A program made the translations under genes and the position numbers. From Nitrospirales bacterium (GTDB taxonomy: Bacteria; Nitrospirota; Nitrospiria; Nitrospirales; UBA8639), in assembly GCA_965223295.1 (NCBI GenBank), contig CBDCWC010000002.1, positions 1,120,001 through 1,184,000 of the forward strand: a stretch of 64,000 nt of DNA, in the 5' to 3' direction. Of the stretch, positions 9,540-19,514 are shown piece after piece. Below the pieces are notes generated by a model that saw nothing but the letters and a program-made list of their open reading frames with translations, searched no databases and was not told the DNA's origin. Numbering within the stretch: the stretch's first letter is position 1; each line of letters starts with the position of its first letter.

Positions 9540-10784
9540 ATGTCAACGAATCTGAAAGCCTTGTGCTTTACCGGAAGAGCCCATCATCTCGATAAAATGT
9601 ACGATACTATCAAGTTCTTCGAACAGCAGGGAATCGCCTCTGAATTCATTGTTTCAAATAATGTACTGAACTGGGACAACTATGAAAAACCACTGATCGA
9701 CAAACAAATACCCTATAAAACCATTTATGAATACCTAGATGACGGCGTCATGCAAGCGATCAATAAGCACAGTTCACTGGCTCAACAACATGTTAACAAT
9801 ACGCTTTTCAGTGAGCATAATGTCCTAGATTATGTTGAAGAATTTCATGTCAGATTCAGCATTCGAGACCTGGTTGAAGTTACCGAACTGTTCCGAGCTG
9901 TTTTATTAAAAAAAAGACCTGACTTTACGTTTATTCTCCACGAAGCCAATTTTTGGGGGAAAATTCTTGCCTACGTATCGCATGAAATGGGAATTAAAGC
10001 CATCTCCTTGCAAGAGGCCCCATACTTTGAGTATATCGACACGTTAAAATTTCACGGATATCAAATTTTTGCTGAATATTCTTCTCTCGTATTTTTATGT
10101 GGTGAAAGAGATTTACAAGCCTATAAAGATTACGGCTGTGATAGTGACAATCTTAGAGTCGTAGGACCTCATCAATACGATAAATTTATCAATCGGGATA
10201 AGAACACCCAAATTAACCGGTTAAAGAAAAAATACCAGATTCAAGATCGCAAAGTCGTTTTGCTTTCAGTGTCTTCCAAAGATCTACTTTGCGGAGACCG
10301 TGTGGAATTACTTCAAGCAGTTATTAATTATGTAGGACCCAACAAAAATTTATTTCTGATAATCAGATTTCATCCGTGTGAAGTGTACTGGGGGGAACAA
10401 TTAGCCTATTTGTGGAAATGCTACGATAATATCATGTGGGAAAATACAACGGTCATTTACGACCTTTTTCCAATTGTCGATATATGTCTGTTACAGGAAA
10501 GCAATGTGAGAGGAGATTGCCTAGCTTTTGATGTGCCTATTATAGAAATTAATTTCAGCACCGAACACAAGATAGGCAGAAGCTTTTATGACCAAGGATT
10601 AGCTGACAAAATCTCCCACCCTCGCGAATTAACAAAGATTGAAGAGATTGTATTCCAGAACAAAAGTGAGGTTAGACCTTCGTCAGTTGAACATTTCATC
10701 AAATATCATTTTTATCAATTGGATGGTCTAGTGAATCAGCGCATCTACAATGAAATTGTAAACTTATTTAATCAAGATAATTAG
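9540..10784 (+). CDS. GT-B protein (glycerophosphotransferase/capsule-synthesis-like); candidate nonulosonate transferase
   Basis: GIKAISLQE, VVGPHQYD, IIRFHP, AFDVPII motifs. Confidence 0.6.
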   Translation: MSTNLKALCFTGRAHHLDKMYDTIKFFEQQGIASEFIVSNNVLNWDNYEKPLIDKQIPYKTIYEYLDDGVMQAINKHSSLAQQHVNNTLFSEHNVLDYVEEFHVRFSIRDLVEVTELFRAVLLKKRPDFTFILHEANFWGKILAYVSHEMGIKAISLQEAPYFEYIDTLKFHGYQIFAEYSSLVFLCGERDLQAYKDYGCDSDNLRVVGPHQYDKFINRDKNTQINRLKKKYQIQDRKVVLLSVSSKDLLCGDRVELLQAVINYVGPNKNLFLIIRFHPCEVYWGEQLAYLWKCYDNIMWENTTVIYDLFPIVDICLLQESNVRGDCLAFDVPIIEINFSTEHKIGRSFYDQGLADKISHPRELTKIEEIVFQNKSEVRPSSVEHFIKYHFYQLDGLVNQRIYNEIVNLFNQDN

Positions 10785-11014
10785 TGCTTGCTGAAAAAAG
10801 CATTTTCCATAATCTTCTCTAACTTCCGAAAGGGACTGCGAGCCTTGCCCCCTGTCCTTGAGTCCATATTACATGGTTGGCACGAAAATTGATCGGCATC
10901 TCGACAATTAGACAAGAATACACTACTCGGTTACATGTAATCCTATAGCAGTTGCTTAAATTACACAGTTATATTACCCTCATTCTATTAACAGATATCT
11001 CTACCAAATTCGCA

Positions 11015-11121
11015 GAAAGCCTCACCCGGAAAATTGGGGGTGAATAACAAATCTCGAACGAAGCGAGAGCAATAAGGATTTTGAGTGAGAAGCCCAGCTT
11101 AGGAGCGGTGGGGTTCTTCAC
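11015..11121. mobile_element. Possible IS200/IS605-like or REP-like non-autonomous remnant
   Basis: Imperfect hairpins GAAAGCCTCACCC...GGGGGTGAAT, CTCGAACGAAGCGAG and GAAGCCC...GGGGTTCTTCAC resemble IS605-type ends; no transposase ORF nearby. Confidence 0.3.
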
Positions 11122-11620
11122 TTTCGAGAAATCAAGTCACCCATATCGCCACCTAGCAAGGTTAGGGGTGGCGTAAAAAACTCAACTATTCTGCGAAAAA
11201 GCCCTCTGGTCTAGGATGTTCAACGATTAAAACGAAAAATAAATTCAGCGAGTTACGGTTGTAACGTCTGTTTATCAACCCTTCCCTAGTAAATGCCGTA
11301 GTATCAACATTTCAATAGCGATACCGCGCTGCGGCTTTGCGGTAGCAATCGTTCGGCCTCGCGGTCTATCTCCTTCATAGCGTATGAGCATTTCTGTGAA
11401 CTGTGCATATAGCAATTTTTTCAATTAAGGAGTACCTTTATACCGATCAGAGACGATTGTGTCTCAAGGGAAGATCGTCTTGGTTATGAAATGGTGAACT
11501 TCTTTCCCTACATATCTCTTGGTGAATTAAACACGAATCCATCGAGTGGCATTGCCACGCCTTTCAACAGCAATGTTCATGACGACCGTGTTATTACCTC
11601 CACCCGAAGAAGTCTTTGAC

Positions 11621-12307
11621 ATGAATCTTGCAGTCATTCCTGCGCGTGGTGGCAGCAAACGGATCCCCCAAAAAAACATCCGAGACTTCTGTGGAAAACC
11701 CATTATTGCCTATTCAATTGAAACGGCACTGACCTCAAGGTTCTTTGATCAGGTCATCGTCTCCACAGACGACGAGGAAATCGCCTCAGTTGCCAGAGAG
11801 TTTGGGGCGGAGACGCCGTTCGTACGACCAACGGAAATTGCTGGTGACTACACCAGTACAAACTCAGTGGTAAAGCATGCAATAGAATGGTATCAAAAAC
11901 GAGCACATACGTTCTCCCTGGTTTGCTGTATCTATGCAACGGCTCCTTTTCTACAAGTAAGATATTTAAAGGAAGGGCATGACAGATTAATCAGCTCGGA
12001 TAAGTCCTTCGCATTTTCCGTTACCAGCTTTCCTTTCCCCATTCAGCGCGCAATACGTATCACGCCAAAAGGAGACGTCCAAGCCTTCTGGCCAGAGCAC
12101 ATTAATAGTCGATCACAGGATTTGGAAGAGGCGTATCATGATGCAGGTCAGTTCTACTGGGGTCGTCCCAGTGCGTTTCTAAATGACCAAGCGACCTTTT
12201 CCAATCTTTCTATCCCCATCGTGCTACCTCGATATTTGGTACAGGATATAGACTCTATTGAAGACTGGCAGTGCGCAGAACTTATGTGGAAGGCTGTCTC
12301 AAAATAA
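11621..12307 (+). CDS. pseF: Pseudaminic acid cytidylyltransferase
   Basis: MNLAVIPARGGSKRIPQKNI, RSQDLEEAYHDAGQFYWG, VQDIDS; start moved to ATG 11621. Confidence 0.9.
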   Translation: MNLAVIPARGGSKRIPQKNIRDFCGKPIIAYSIETALTSRFFDQVIVSTDDEEIASVAREFGAETPFVRPTEIAGDYTSTNSVVKHAIEWYQKRAHTFSLVCCIYATAPFLQVRYLKEGHDRLISSDKSFAFSVTSFPFPIQRAIRITPKGDVQAFWPEHINSRSQDLEEAYHDAGQFYWGRPSAFLNDQATFSNLSIPIVLPRYLVQDIDSIEDWQCAELMWKAVSK

Positions 12308-12546
12308 AGAGGATCCCATTGTCGAGACCACTAATTGTTTGGAATCCCTCAATGCCCTGATGGACAAATGATGTGCCGAGACCGACCAGTTGCCAACTCT
12401 AGTCAGCCCCAACAGTAGTTGGCCTCGACGTTGCTAGACATTGAACATCGGCTACGGAAGGGAAAACGTTATGGGGATTTGTCTTCCTTAATAGCAAATC
12501 CCCTGACAACAGTTCCCCGTCAAGAATGGGAAACACCGCCACGGAT

Positions 12547-13245
12547 TTATCCAACCAATCGTACTAATTCGAAAGCTTCCACATATTCTCGTGAAACGAC
12601 CGTTCCCCATTTGCGACAAATTGTTTTCAAGGCCTCTAATGATCGAGGATGGGGGAATGAACGAATTTCAGTTTTATAACATTCCATAGCTTTGAGTTTG
12701 GCCTCAATATTCTGAGAAACATCAATAAAGACATTTGGCTTAAAAACTGGATTGTTCTGATAAAAACTCCATTCAGTGGCTGAAGGAGTTTCAAACGTAT
12801 ACAGCTCTTTGACTGAACTATTAGGAAGTGGGCGAGTCGCAGTTAAGACGGCCTGAAATGTGATTTTATGATCAATATTTAGATCACTGGGATGATGAGT
12901 ATACACAACATCCGGTCGAATTTCGTCTAAGACTTTTTCTACCTGCTTGACAATATTTAACAGAGGAAGTTCATCAAATCTGTTATCAGGGAAAGATTTT
13001 AGAGTAATGGATTGAGCTCCTAACACTTTTGCTGCAGTTCTTGTTGCCTCCGCAATTCGCTCTAGCTCAACTCTGTCTACTTCAGAGCGGGATTCGTATC
13101 GTGAAGTACATCCTTCGCCTAGTATTACTATATGGATGGCCGCTGATTCGCAAAACTTCGCAATCGTTCCTCCACAACCTAAAACTTCATCATCCGGATG
13201 AGCAGCGACCACGAGAATAGTTTTCATAGTGGGCCTAGCCGGCAT
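12547..13245 (-). CDS. PIG-L/LmbE family N-deacetylase
   Basis: AAHPDDEVLGCGG, HHPSDLNIDH, FPHPRS. Confidence 0.9.
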   Translation of the reverse strand: MPARPTMKTILVVAAHPDDEVLGCGGTIAKFCESAAIHIVILGEGCTSRYESRSEVDRVELERIAEATRTAAKVLGAQSITLKSFPDNRFDELPLLNIVKQVEKVLDEIRPDVVYTHHPSDLNIDHKITFQAVLTATRPLPNSSVKELYTFETPSATEWSFYQNNPVFKPNVFIDVSQNIEAKLKAMECYKTEIRSFPHPRSLEALKTICRKWGTVVSREYVEAFELVRLVG

Positions 13246-13939
13246 GAGCCTCCTTGGTTATGGACACGTTGGCGACGACTTTTCCCTCATATCGAACTGC
13301 ACTCGAAAACTCGTATCGAAACCCTTTGTAGGAAAGATAAGCAGTCGGATATTCTTCCGCATCAAGCATTCGTATAAAGTCATAGACCTCTTTCAACGTT
13401 TCACAATGAGGAATACTACTTTCGCTTGGTTTTCTCCTTTTGAATATTGTCGGAGTTCCTTCTTGCGGGGAAGGGACAATGTTGTTGGAAATTAGTTCCT
13501 GGATCATGTCTCCCGCCATTTCAGACCCACGAATATAAATTTCTTCTGCGCACCCATCAAGCGAAAGATTTCTTTGAAGATAGACTGGCCCAGCATCAAA
13601 ATCCTCAACCATCCGGAGGGCCGTTAGCTTGGTCTGGCTATGGCCTCGAATAATCAGATTTTGCAGTGGACTGCCACCACGACCATAGGGAACATCCGTC
13701 ATATGAAAACAGACACATTCAAATTCATTGACAATTTCTCGTGGAACCTTCCATGACCAATGAAGAAAAAAAATAAAGCGCGGAGAAACTTCCCTCACTC
13801 TATCGAGAGTCAATTCTTCCTTTGAACCAATAAAAGCCCAATCGCCTGCAAACCGGCTGATAATGTCTCGAAAAATCCTATAATTCCATGACTTGGTTGC
13901 CACAACAAGGTATGGAATAACTTGATTAGTCATTTTCAA
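13235..13939 (-). CDS. Formyltransferase (Fmt-like)
   Basis: FHMTDVPYGRGGSPLQNLI, DAGPVY, IRMLDAEEYP. Confidence 0.85.
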   Translation of the reverse strand: MKMTNQVIPYLVVATKSWNYRIFRDIISRFAGDWAFIGSKEELTLDRVREVSPRFIFFLHWSWKVPREIVNEFECVCFHMTDVPYGRGGSPLQNLIIRGHSQTKLTALRMVEDFDAGPVYLQRNLSLDGCAEEIYIRGSEMAGDMIQELISNNIVPSPQEGTPTIFKRRKPSESSIPHCETLKEVYDFIRMLDAEEYPTAYLSYKGFRYEFSSAVRYEGKVVANVSITKEAHAG

Positions 13940-14691
13940 TCTTCCTCTTCTAAGGCGATTTTCATAAACACTTTTTTACCTTCATGAACAAAATATGCTC
14001 CTCTATAGGGTGGAAAGGTTCGGGCTCGGAGAAGATCAATGAGATACTGTGCAGAATAGTCCTGATCTAAAAATACTTCATCAATGGCGTCAACATCTCG
14101 AGTTCTATGATATGTTCCACCACCTTTTTCTTGAGGGATGCACTGTATTTCGCCATTTTTAAAGAGAGGCCACGTTTCTTTGAATAAGTCAATCGAGAAA
14201 CTTTCCAGCTTTCGATAGAGAGATTCTCCGGTATCAGATGGTTTAACAGGGACTTGTTCTTGAGAAAGAATATCACCAGTATCAATCCCCTCATTGATAT
14301 AATGTATGGTGACGCCAGAAGGGGTTCCTTCAACAATACTCCAAACATTGGGATATTGCCCTCGATTGTAAGGTAGAAATGAAGGATGCACATTAATACA
14401 TCCCGAAGGAAAGCACGAAAGAAATTCTTTTTTCAAAATATAATCAAAAAATATTGAGATCCCCAGATCTGGATGAAGGTTTCTCACAGCTGCTAGAGTC
14501 TCGGGTGTTCGCAGGGTCGTCGCATCAAATATACGATCATCACTGAGTTGCGAGCTCTTGATCATTTCCGAACGATATCGGCTACGTGCAAGAGGATGAA
14601 CAACCAAACCAACTGGCGGCTCTCCATTTTCTACCAACCAATTTAGAATAGTACTTGCTACGAGCCCATTTCCTAACACGATGTATCTCAC
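13936..14691 (-). CDS. Sugar N-formyltransferase
   Basis: NVHPSFLPYNRG and GIDTGDI catalytic motifs; GTG start overlaps the pseI stop (GTGA). Confidence 0.85.
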   Translation of the reverse strand: MRYIVLGNGLVASTILNWLVENGEPPVGLVVHPLARSRYRSEMIKSSQLSDDRIFDATTLRTPETLAAVRNLHPDLGISIFFDYILKKEFLSCFPSGCINVHPSFLPYNRGQYPNVWSIVEGTPSGVTIHYINEGIDTGDILSQEQVPVKPSDTGESLYRKLESFSIDLFKETWPLFKNGEIQCIPQEKGGGTYHRTRDVDAIDEVFLDQDYSAQYLIDLLRARTFPPYRGAYFVHEGKKVFMKIALEEED

Positions 14692-15758
14692 GGATGATCC
14701 TCGACGTTCACCAAATCCCAAGAAAAAGGCGTTCCTTTTTGAATATCATTTTTAGCTTTTTTGCCGAGAACCTGCTCAAGAAACTTAGGAGCTAACCCAT
14801 AGCCAGGCCGAATGGAACGAATATTTTCGCAAGTAATCTGTTCACCACCTTGAATATCCTGAACAACAAAGAGCGAACGTCGAAAACATAAACTCCTCTG
14901 CTCATCTGAATTAGGTTCAAACGAAATTTTGCCTAGAGCCTGTTCCACATCTCGAATTGCAGACACCATCTTAGTAAACTCGTCGGGTTCCATTGAAAAG
15001 CTTGCATCGGGCCCACCGTCAGAGCGAGATAAAATAAAATGCTTCTCAACAATATTTGCACCCAAAGTGACAGCAGCGATAGCTACATGACTGCCAAGTG
15101 AATGATCGGATAACCCAATTGGTACGTTGTATTTCTTGGAAAGATAGGGGATCGCCTTTAAATTCATTCCATCTGGAGAAGCTGGATATGCGCTTGTGCA
15201 TTTCAGCAAAGCTATCTCACGGGTTCCGGCATTTTTCAATGTCGCTACGGCTTCATCAATTTCAGATAGCGTAGACATGCCTGTCGATAAAACAACCGGC
15301 ATTTTTGTGCTCCCAATTTTTTTCAGTAGCGGTAAATCAACAATCTCAAATGAAGCCACTTTAAAGACTGGTATCTTTAAGCCACCCAGAAAGTCCACAG
15401 CCGTTTCATCAAAAGGCGTTGAAAAGAAATCCAACTCACATTCATGAGCAATAGCTTGCAGTTTGGCGTGCCATTCCCAGGGCGTATAGGCTTCAGAGTA
15501 TAATTCAAAAAGTTTCTTGCCTGACCACACACTGTCACTTGGAATTTGAAATTCTTCTCGGTCGCAGTCCAGAGTCATAGTTTCCGGCGTATAAGTTTGC
15601 AACTTTACTGCATCGGCTCCTGCCTTGCTGGCCATGCGTATTATCTCTTCCGCAGCCTCAAAACTTTGATTATGATTGGCTGAAATCTCGGCAACGACGT
15701 AACAAGGTTGTCCTTCTCCGACCAGCCGATCTCCAATCTTTATTTGCCTCTGATTCAT
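14688..15758 (-). CDS. pseI: Pseudaminic acid synthase
   Basis: AEISANHN, KLQTYTP, TPWEWH, GLSDH, C-terminal SAF/AFP-like domain. Confidence 0.92.
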   Translation of the reverse strand: MNQRQIKIGDRLVGEGQPCYVVAEISANHNQSFEAAEEIIRMASKAGADAVKLQTYTPETMTLDCDREEFQIPSDSVWSGKKLFELYSEAYTPWEWHAKLQAIAHECELDFFSTPFDETAVDFLGGLKIPVFKVASFEIVDLPLLKKIGSTKMPVVLSTGMSTLSEIDEAVATLKNAGTREIALLKCTSAYPASPDGMNLKAIPYLSKKYNVPIGLSDHSLGSHVAIAAVTLGANIVEKHFILSRSDGGPDASFSMEPDEFTKMVSAIRDVEQALGKISFEPNSDEQRSLCFRRSLFVVQDIQGGEQITCENIRSIRPGYGLAPKFLEQVLGKKAKNDIQKGTPFSWDLVNVEDHP

Positions 15759-16777
15759 GGACCTGATAGCTCCTTTATGACTTGAGCAACACGTCTTGCA
15801 CCATACCCATCTACGATCAACGGCCCAGCTTTACTCATAGCCTGCCTTTCCTTTAAGGATCTCGCCAAGCGATCTAAACTCTCTTGAAACGTCTTCATTA
15901 AATTTGTGTCGCTCACATTTCCAACCCATTTCAGAGCACCATTCCTCGAAAACCCTTGAAGATTATGTATTTGGTTTTCTGCCATCTGTATGGCAAGAGC
16001 TGGGGTTCCCGTTGCGGCTAATTCATAAGTTGTCTGCCCTCCTCCAGCAATCGCAATATCACACCCCAGCATGAGATCATAGAGATTAATGGGATCTTTA
16101 TGCACACACACGAACGAATCATCACGCCATTGATTAAGACATTCAAGGGCTTTTTCTTCTTCGACAAAAGGGCCAAGGATCAAATCAATATGCACATTTT
16201 TATAGGCTCCTCGAGTCCATTTGAGCAAATCGGAAATAAGTGGCATTGAATTCATCCCACCTATCGTAATCAGAATACGATCTATTTCATTCCGTATACG
16301 ACGGTTAACTTTCTGGCTAAATACCTCTCTCAGTAAGATGTACTGGGGACCGAGCAATAATTTCGTAGAAGGTAATGCTTGGTATCTACAGTCTCCACCA
16401 TTTACCGATCCATTAATAATCAAGTCCACTGGTAAAGAACGGTCACATAAGTCATCAATCACCACCACCTTACCCCGAAACCCCTTGCTGTCTTTCGGCT
16501 CGACAGGATACGAATCGATGACCAAGACATTGGCACGACTCTGGATACAATATTCAAGGCTCTCTCGAAGACCCCAGTCAGGATTTTCTTTTAAGAGTGT
16601 TCCAGAAAATCCATATTTCTTTAAAAATTCAATGCCACTTTGCTCTCCTCTTAAAAGGAAATGAACCTTTGCATTCATTTCCTCTAATACTTGGGCGAGC
16701 GTGAGACACCGACGCAGATGCCCCAGTCCAATCGTTGGGCCAGCGGTGGTACAAAATACAATAGGCCACTCACTCAT
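15755..16777 (-). CDS. pseG: UDP-2,4-diacylamido-trideoxy-altropyranose hydrolase
   Basis: IGLGHLRRCLTLA, IDSY, GGQTTYE, AENQ, DGYGARRV; position between pseC and pseI. Confidence 0.88.
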   Translation of the reverse strand: MSEWPIVFCTTAGPTIGLGHLRRCLTLAQVLEEMNAKVHFLLRGEQSGIEFLKKYGFSGTLLKENPDWGLRESLEYCIQSRANVLVIDSYPVEPKDSKGFRGKVVVIDDLCDRSLPVDLIINGSVNGGDCRYQALPSTKLLLGPQYILLREVFSQKVNRRIRNEIDRILITIGGMNSMPLISDLLKWTRGAYKNVHIDLILGPFVEEEKALECLNQWRDDSFVCVHKDPINLYDLMLGCDIAIAGGGQTTYELAATGTPALAIQMAENQIHNLQGFSRNGALKWVGNVSDTNLMKTFQESLDRLARSLKERQAMSKAGPLIVDGYGARRVAQVIKELSGP

Positions 16778-17985
16778 TTTTTAGCGTTTGCCAGGACTTT
16801 CTTAACGGACCGAATAACCCAATCAACGTCATTTGTGGACATAGCAGGCCAAATTGGCAAGCTAATCAGTTCATCATACGCTGCCTCTGCAACTGGCCAA
16901 TCATTCTTTTGATAGCCAAGTTTTTGATAAAAAGGATGCCAGGGAATAGGGATATAATGAACATTGACTCCCAAACCACAATTTTGCAGATCCTGAAAAA
17001 TTTTTCTCCGTGTTTTTGTGAGTTGTTTCAGCTGCAACCGGATAGGAAACAAATGATAAGACGACCGGACTGTTGGCAATTCGACAGGCAACCGAATTTC
17101 GTGAACGTCTCCTAGGCTTTCTTGATAGCAACGTGCGATTTCTCGTCGACTGTCGACAAACCCCTTCAATTTGTCGAGCTGACTCAGTCCAAGTGCACAT
17201 TGAAAGTCCGTGATTCGAAAATTATGTCCTAAATCTAACATTTCATAATACCAAGGGCCGTGATCTGCTTCGCAAAAACATTCCCGTTGCCGCGTAATAC
17301 CATGGGTACGAAAACGTCTCAGTCGTTCCGCAAACTCAGCGTTATTCGTAAGAACCATCCCTCCTTCCCCAGTCGTAATATGCTTTACAGGATGAAAACT
17401 CAATACGGTCATATCAGAAAGACTTCCGATCGGCTTCCCTTTGTAAAAAGCACCGAGTGAATGAGCGGCATCTTCAATCACAATCAGGTTATGCCTCTTT
17501 GCGAGTGTTCGAATTTCATCAAGTTCACAGGGGTGCCCTGAAAAATCGACGATGATTATGGCTCTAGTCTTTTTTGTGAGTTTTTTTTCTATCTCACCAA
17601 TATTGATGGTGAGAGTATCGGGGGTCACATCTGCAAACACAGGCACGCCGCCACAGTACAACACGCAATTGGCCGTTGCAACAAATGATAAAGGGGTCGT
17701 AATCACTTCATCCCCTTCTCCAATACCTGCAGCAACACATGCAGCATGAAGTCCGGAGGAACCGTTGGCCATGGCGACTCCCTCACCTGCCTCACATTGC
17801 TGGGCAACAGCTTGCTCAAATCGTGGAATGAGCGGTCCTTGGGTAATCCAATCTGAACGCAATGCCGATATCACTGCATCAATATCAGCATCATCTATCC
17901 ACTGCCGTCCATAAGGCAGAAACGCTTTATTCCCACAGGCACTATTTACTTCTGTCAGACCTGCTCGTAAAGATTGGGGCATCAT
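16774..17985 (-). CDS. pseC: PLP-dependent UDP-4-keto-sugar aminotransferase
   Basis: LPYGRQWID, EDAAHSLG, SFHPVKHITTGEGG. Confidence 0.92.
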   Translation of the reverse strand: MMPQSLRAGLTEVNSACGNKAFLPYGRQWIDDADIDAVISALRSDWITQGPLIPRFEQAVAQQCEAGEGVAMANGSSGLHAACVAAGIGEGDEVITTPLSFVATANCVLYCGGVPVFADVTPDTLTINIGEIEKKLTKKTRAIIIVDFSGHPCELDEIRTLAKRHNLIVIEDAAHSLGAFYKGKPIGSLSDMTVLSFHPVKHITTGEGGMVLTNNAEFAERLRRFRTHGITRQRECFCEADHGPWYYEMLDLGHNFRITDFQCALGLSQLDKLKGFVDSRREIARCYQESLGDVHEIRLPVELPTVRSSYHLFPIRLQLKQLTKTRRKIFQDLQNCGLGVNVHYIPIPWHPFYQKLGYQKNDWPVAEAAYDELISLPIWPAMSTNDVDWVIRSVKKVLANAKK

Positions 17986-18054
17986 TTTTTGTAGAGAACA
18001 CTCCTTAGCTTTGCAACGGGATGTCCATAGTTTAGGAGTTGTGGAGCAAATCGC

Positions 18055-19077
18055 TTAACACGCTACAGGCTCTGACGCATATAGCTCAGGGATTAATTGA
18101 TTGAGTTCCTCAGCCGAAATCCATCTGCTATTAGTATTACTGGCGTAACTGAACCCATCTGGAACTGGCTTTCCACCATTTCTCCCGTTCTCATGGTCTG
18201 TCCACCACCTATATTCAGGCTCAATGACAAAATATTCATCATATTCCCGTGTACGCGGGCCATCGTCCTCAGAAATAAGCAATTCATGCAGTTTTTCACC
18301 AGGCCGAATGCCAACATATTCATACTGACAGTCTGGTGCGATCGTCTTCGCTAAATCGATAATCTTCATACTGGGAATTTTTGGAATAAATATCTCTCCT
18401 CCTTTCATCATCCCCATACTCTGGAGAACAATATTTACACCTTGTTCCAAGGTCATCCAAAATCTTGTCATTCTTCGATCAGTAATAGGAATGACACCCG
18501 ATGACCTCAAACTTAAGAACAGTGGAACAACACTACCTCGACTCCCAATGACATTTCCGTATCGAACGATACTAAACCTAGTTTTTTTTCGTCCAGAATA
18601 GGCATTTCCGGCGACAAAGAGTTTGTCCGAGCAGAGCTTTGAAGCCCCATATAAATTTATCGGACAAGCCGCTTTGTCCGTGCTCAAAGCAACGACTTTC
18701 TGGACACCATTATCGATCGCAGCGTTCAGAACATTTTCAGCCCCCAGAACGTTTGTTTTTATGGCTTCAATGGGATTGTACTCTGCTGTCGGAACTTGCT
18801 TAAGCGCTGCGGCATGAATAACATAGTCCACGCCATCAAAGGCTCGATGTAATCTCCCGAGGTCTCGTACATCCCCAAGAAAAAAACGAAGACACATGTG
18901 ATTTTCAGCCTTGAGACTTTTAGCCATATGGTACTGTTTTTCTTCATCCCGGCTAAATACAATCAGTTTCTCAGGCCGAAATCGCTCGAGAATAATTTCT
19001 ACACATTTTTTTCCAAATGAACCCGTTCCACCGGTTATAAGAATGGATTTTCCATCTAGTGTAAACTGAGCGTCCAT
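18055..19077 (-). CDS. pseB: UDP-GlcNAc 4,6-dehydratase (inverting)
   Basis: TGGTGSFG, HAAALKQVP, LSTDKA, YGASK, RYGNVIGSRGSV, GIRPGEKLHE. Confidence 0.93.
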   Translation of the reverse strand: MDAQFTLDGKSILITGGTGSFGKKCVEIILERFRPEKLIVFSRDEEKQYHMAKSLKAENHMCLRFFLGDVRDLGRLHRAFDGVDYVIHAAALKQVPTAEYNPIEAIKTNVLGAENVLNAAIDNGVQKVVALSTDKAACPINLYGASKLCSDKLFVAGNAYSGRKKTRFSIVRYGNVIGSRGSVVPLFLSLRSSGVIPITDRRMTRFWMTLEQGVNIVLQSMGMMKGGEIFIPKIPSMKIIDLAKTIAPDCQYEYVGIRPGEKLHELLISEDDGPRTREYDEYFVIEPEYRWWTDHENGRNGGKPVPDGFSYASNTNSRWISAEELNQLIPELYASEPVAC

Positions 19078-19438
19078 GAAACCATCCTTTCCTGACTTGT
19101 ATTGGTCTAGACTAAAATTAGTAACTCTTTACCCATTCTGGGTGCCCCACAGAATCCCTTTTTCTTTCTCATGTGAGGTAATGCTTCAAACTTCGTATAT
19201 CTATTGATCATAGATGATCTACGGATGGGCATCTCTAACAACTATCCTTTTTCCCGATGGCGGCGTCAGCGGCGTGCTCAAATCCTCATGTATTTTCATA
19301 TACACTGCGATTTTCCGCGCGCCGCTTCCTTGCCCTCAGAAAAAATCATCTGTTTTTAGAGGGGCCCAGATGTAGTCATGCCTATGACACACAAACTTCA
19401 CACTTCGTTCTCTGCCGTGGAATACGAGCAATATCTCT

Positions 19439-19454
19439 TGCAAATTCTTATCCA
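19439..19454 (-). promoter_or_regulatory. Putative sigma54 promoter for the pse operon
   Basis: Minus strand TGGATAAGAATTTGCA = GG-N10-GC. Confidence 0.55.
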
Positions 19455-19514
19455 ATTCTGTTCTTGTTTAATTTTTAAATTCCCAAACCGCCAAAAGTGT
19501 TCGGTGTTTTCCGT

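Noticed and set aside
12472-12502. Hairpin GGGGATTTG...CAAATCCCC between pseF and the deacetylase gene
   Set aside because: Possibly a terminator between convergent genes, but it has a long loop and no U-tract, so it was not called.
19257-19478. 73-aa plus-strand ORF upstream of pseB
   Set aside because: No recognisable motif or RBS; it overlaps the predicted promoter region.
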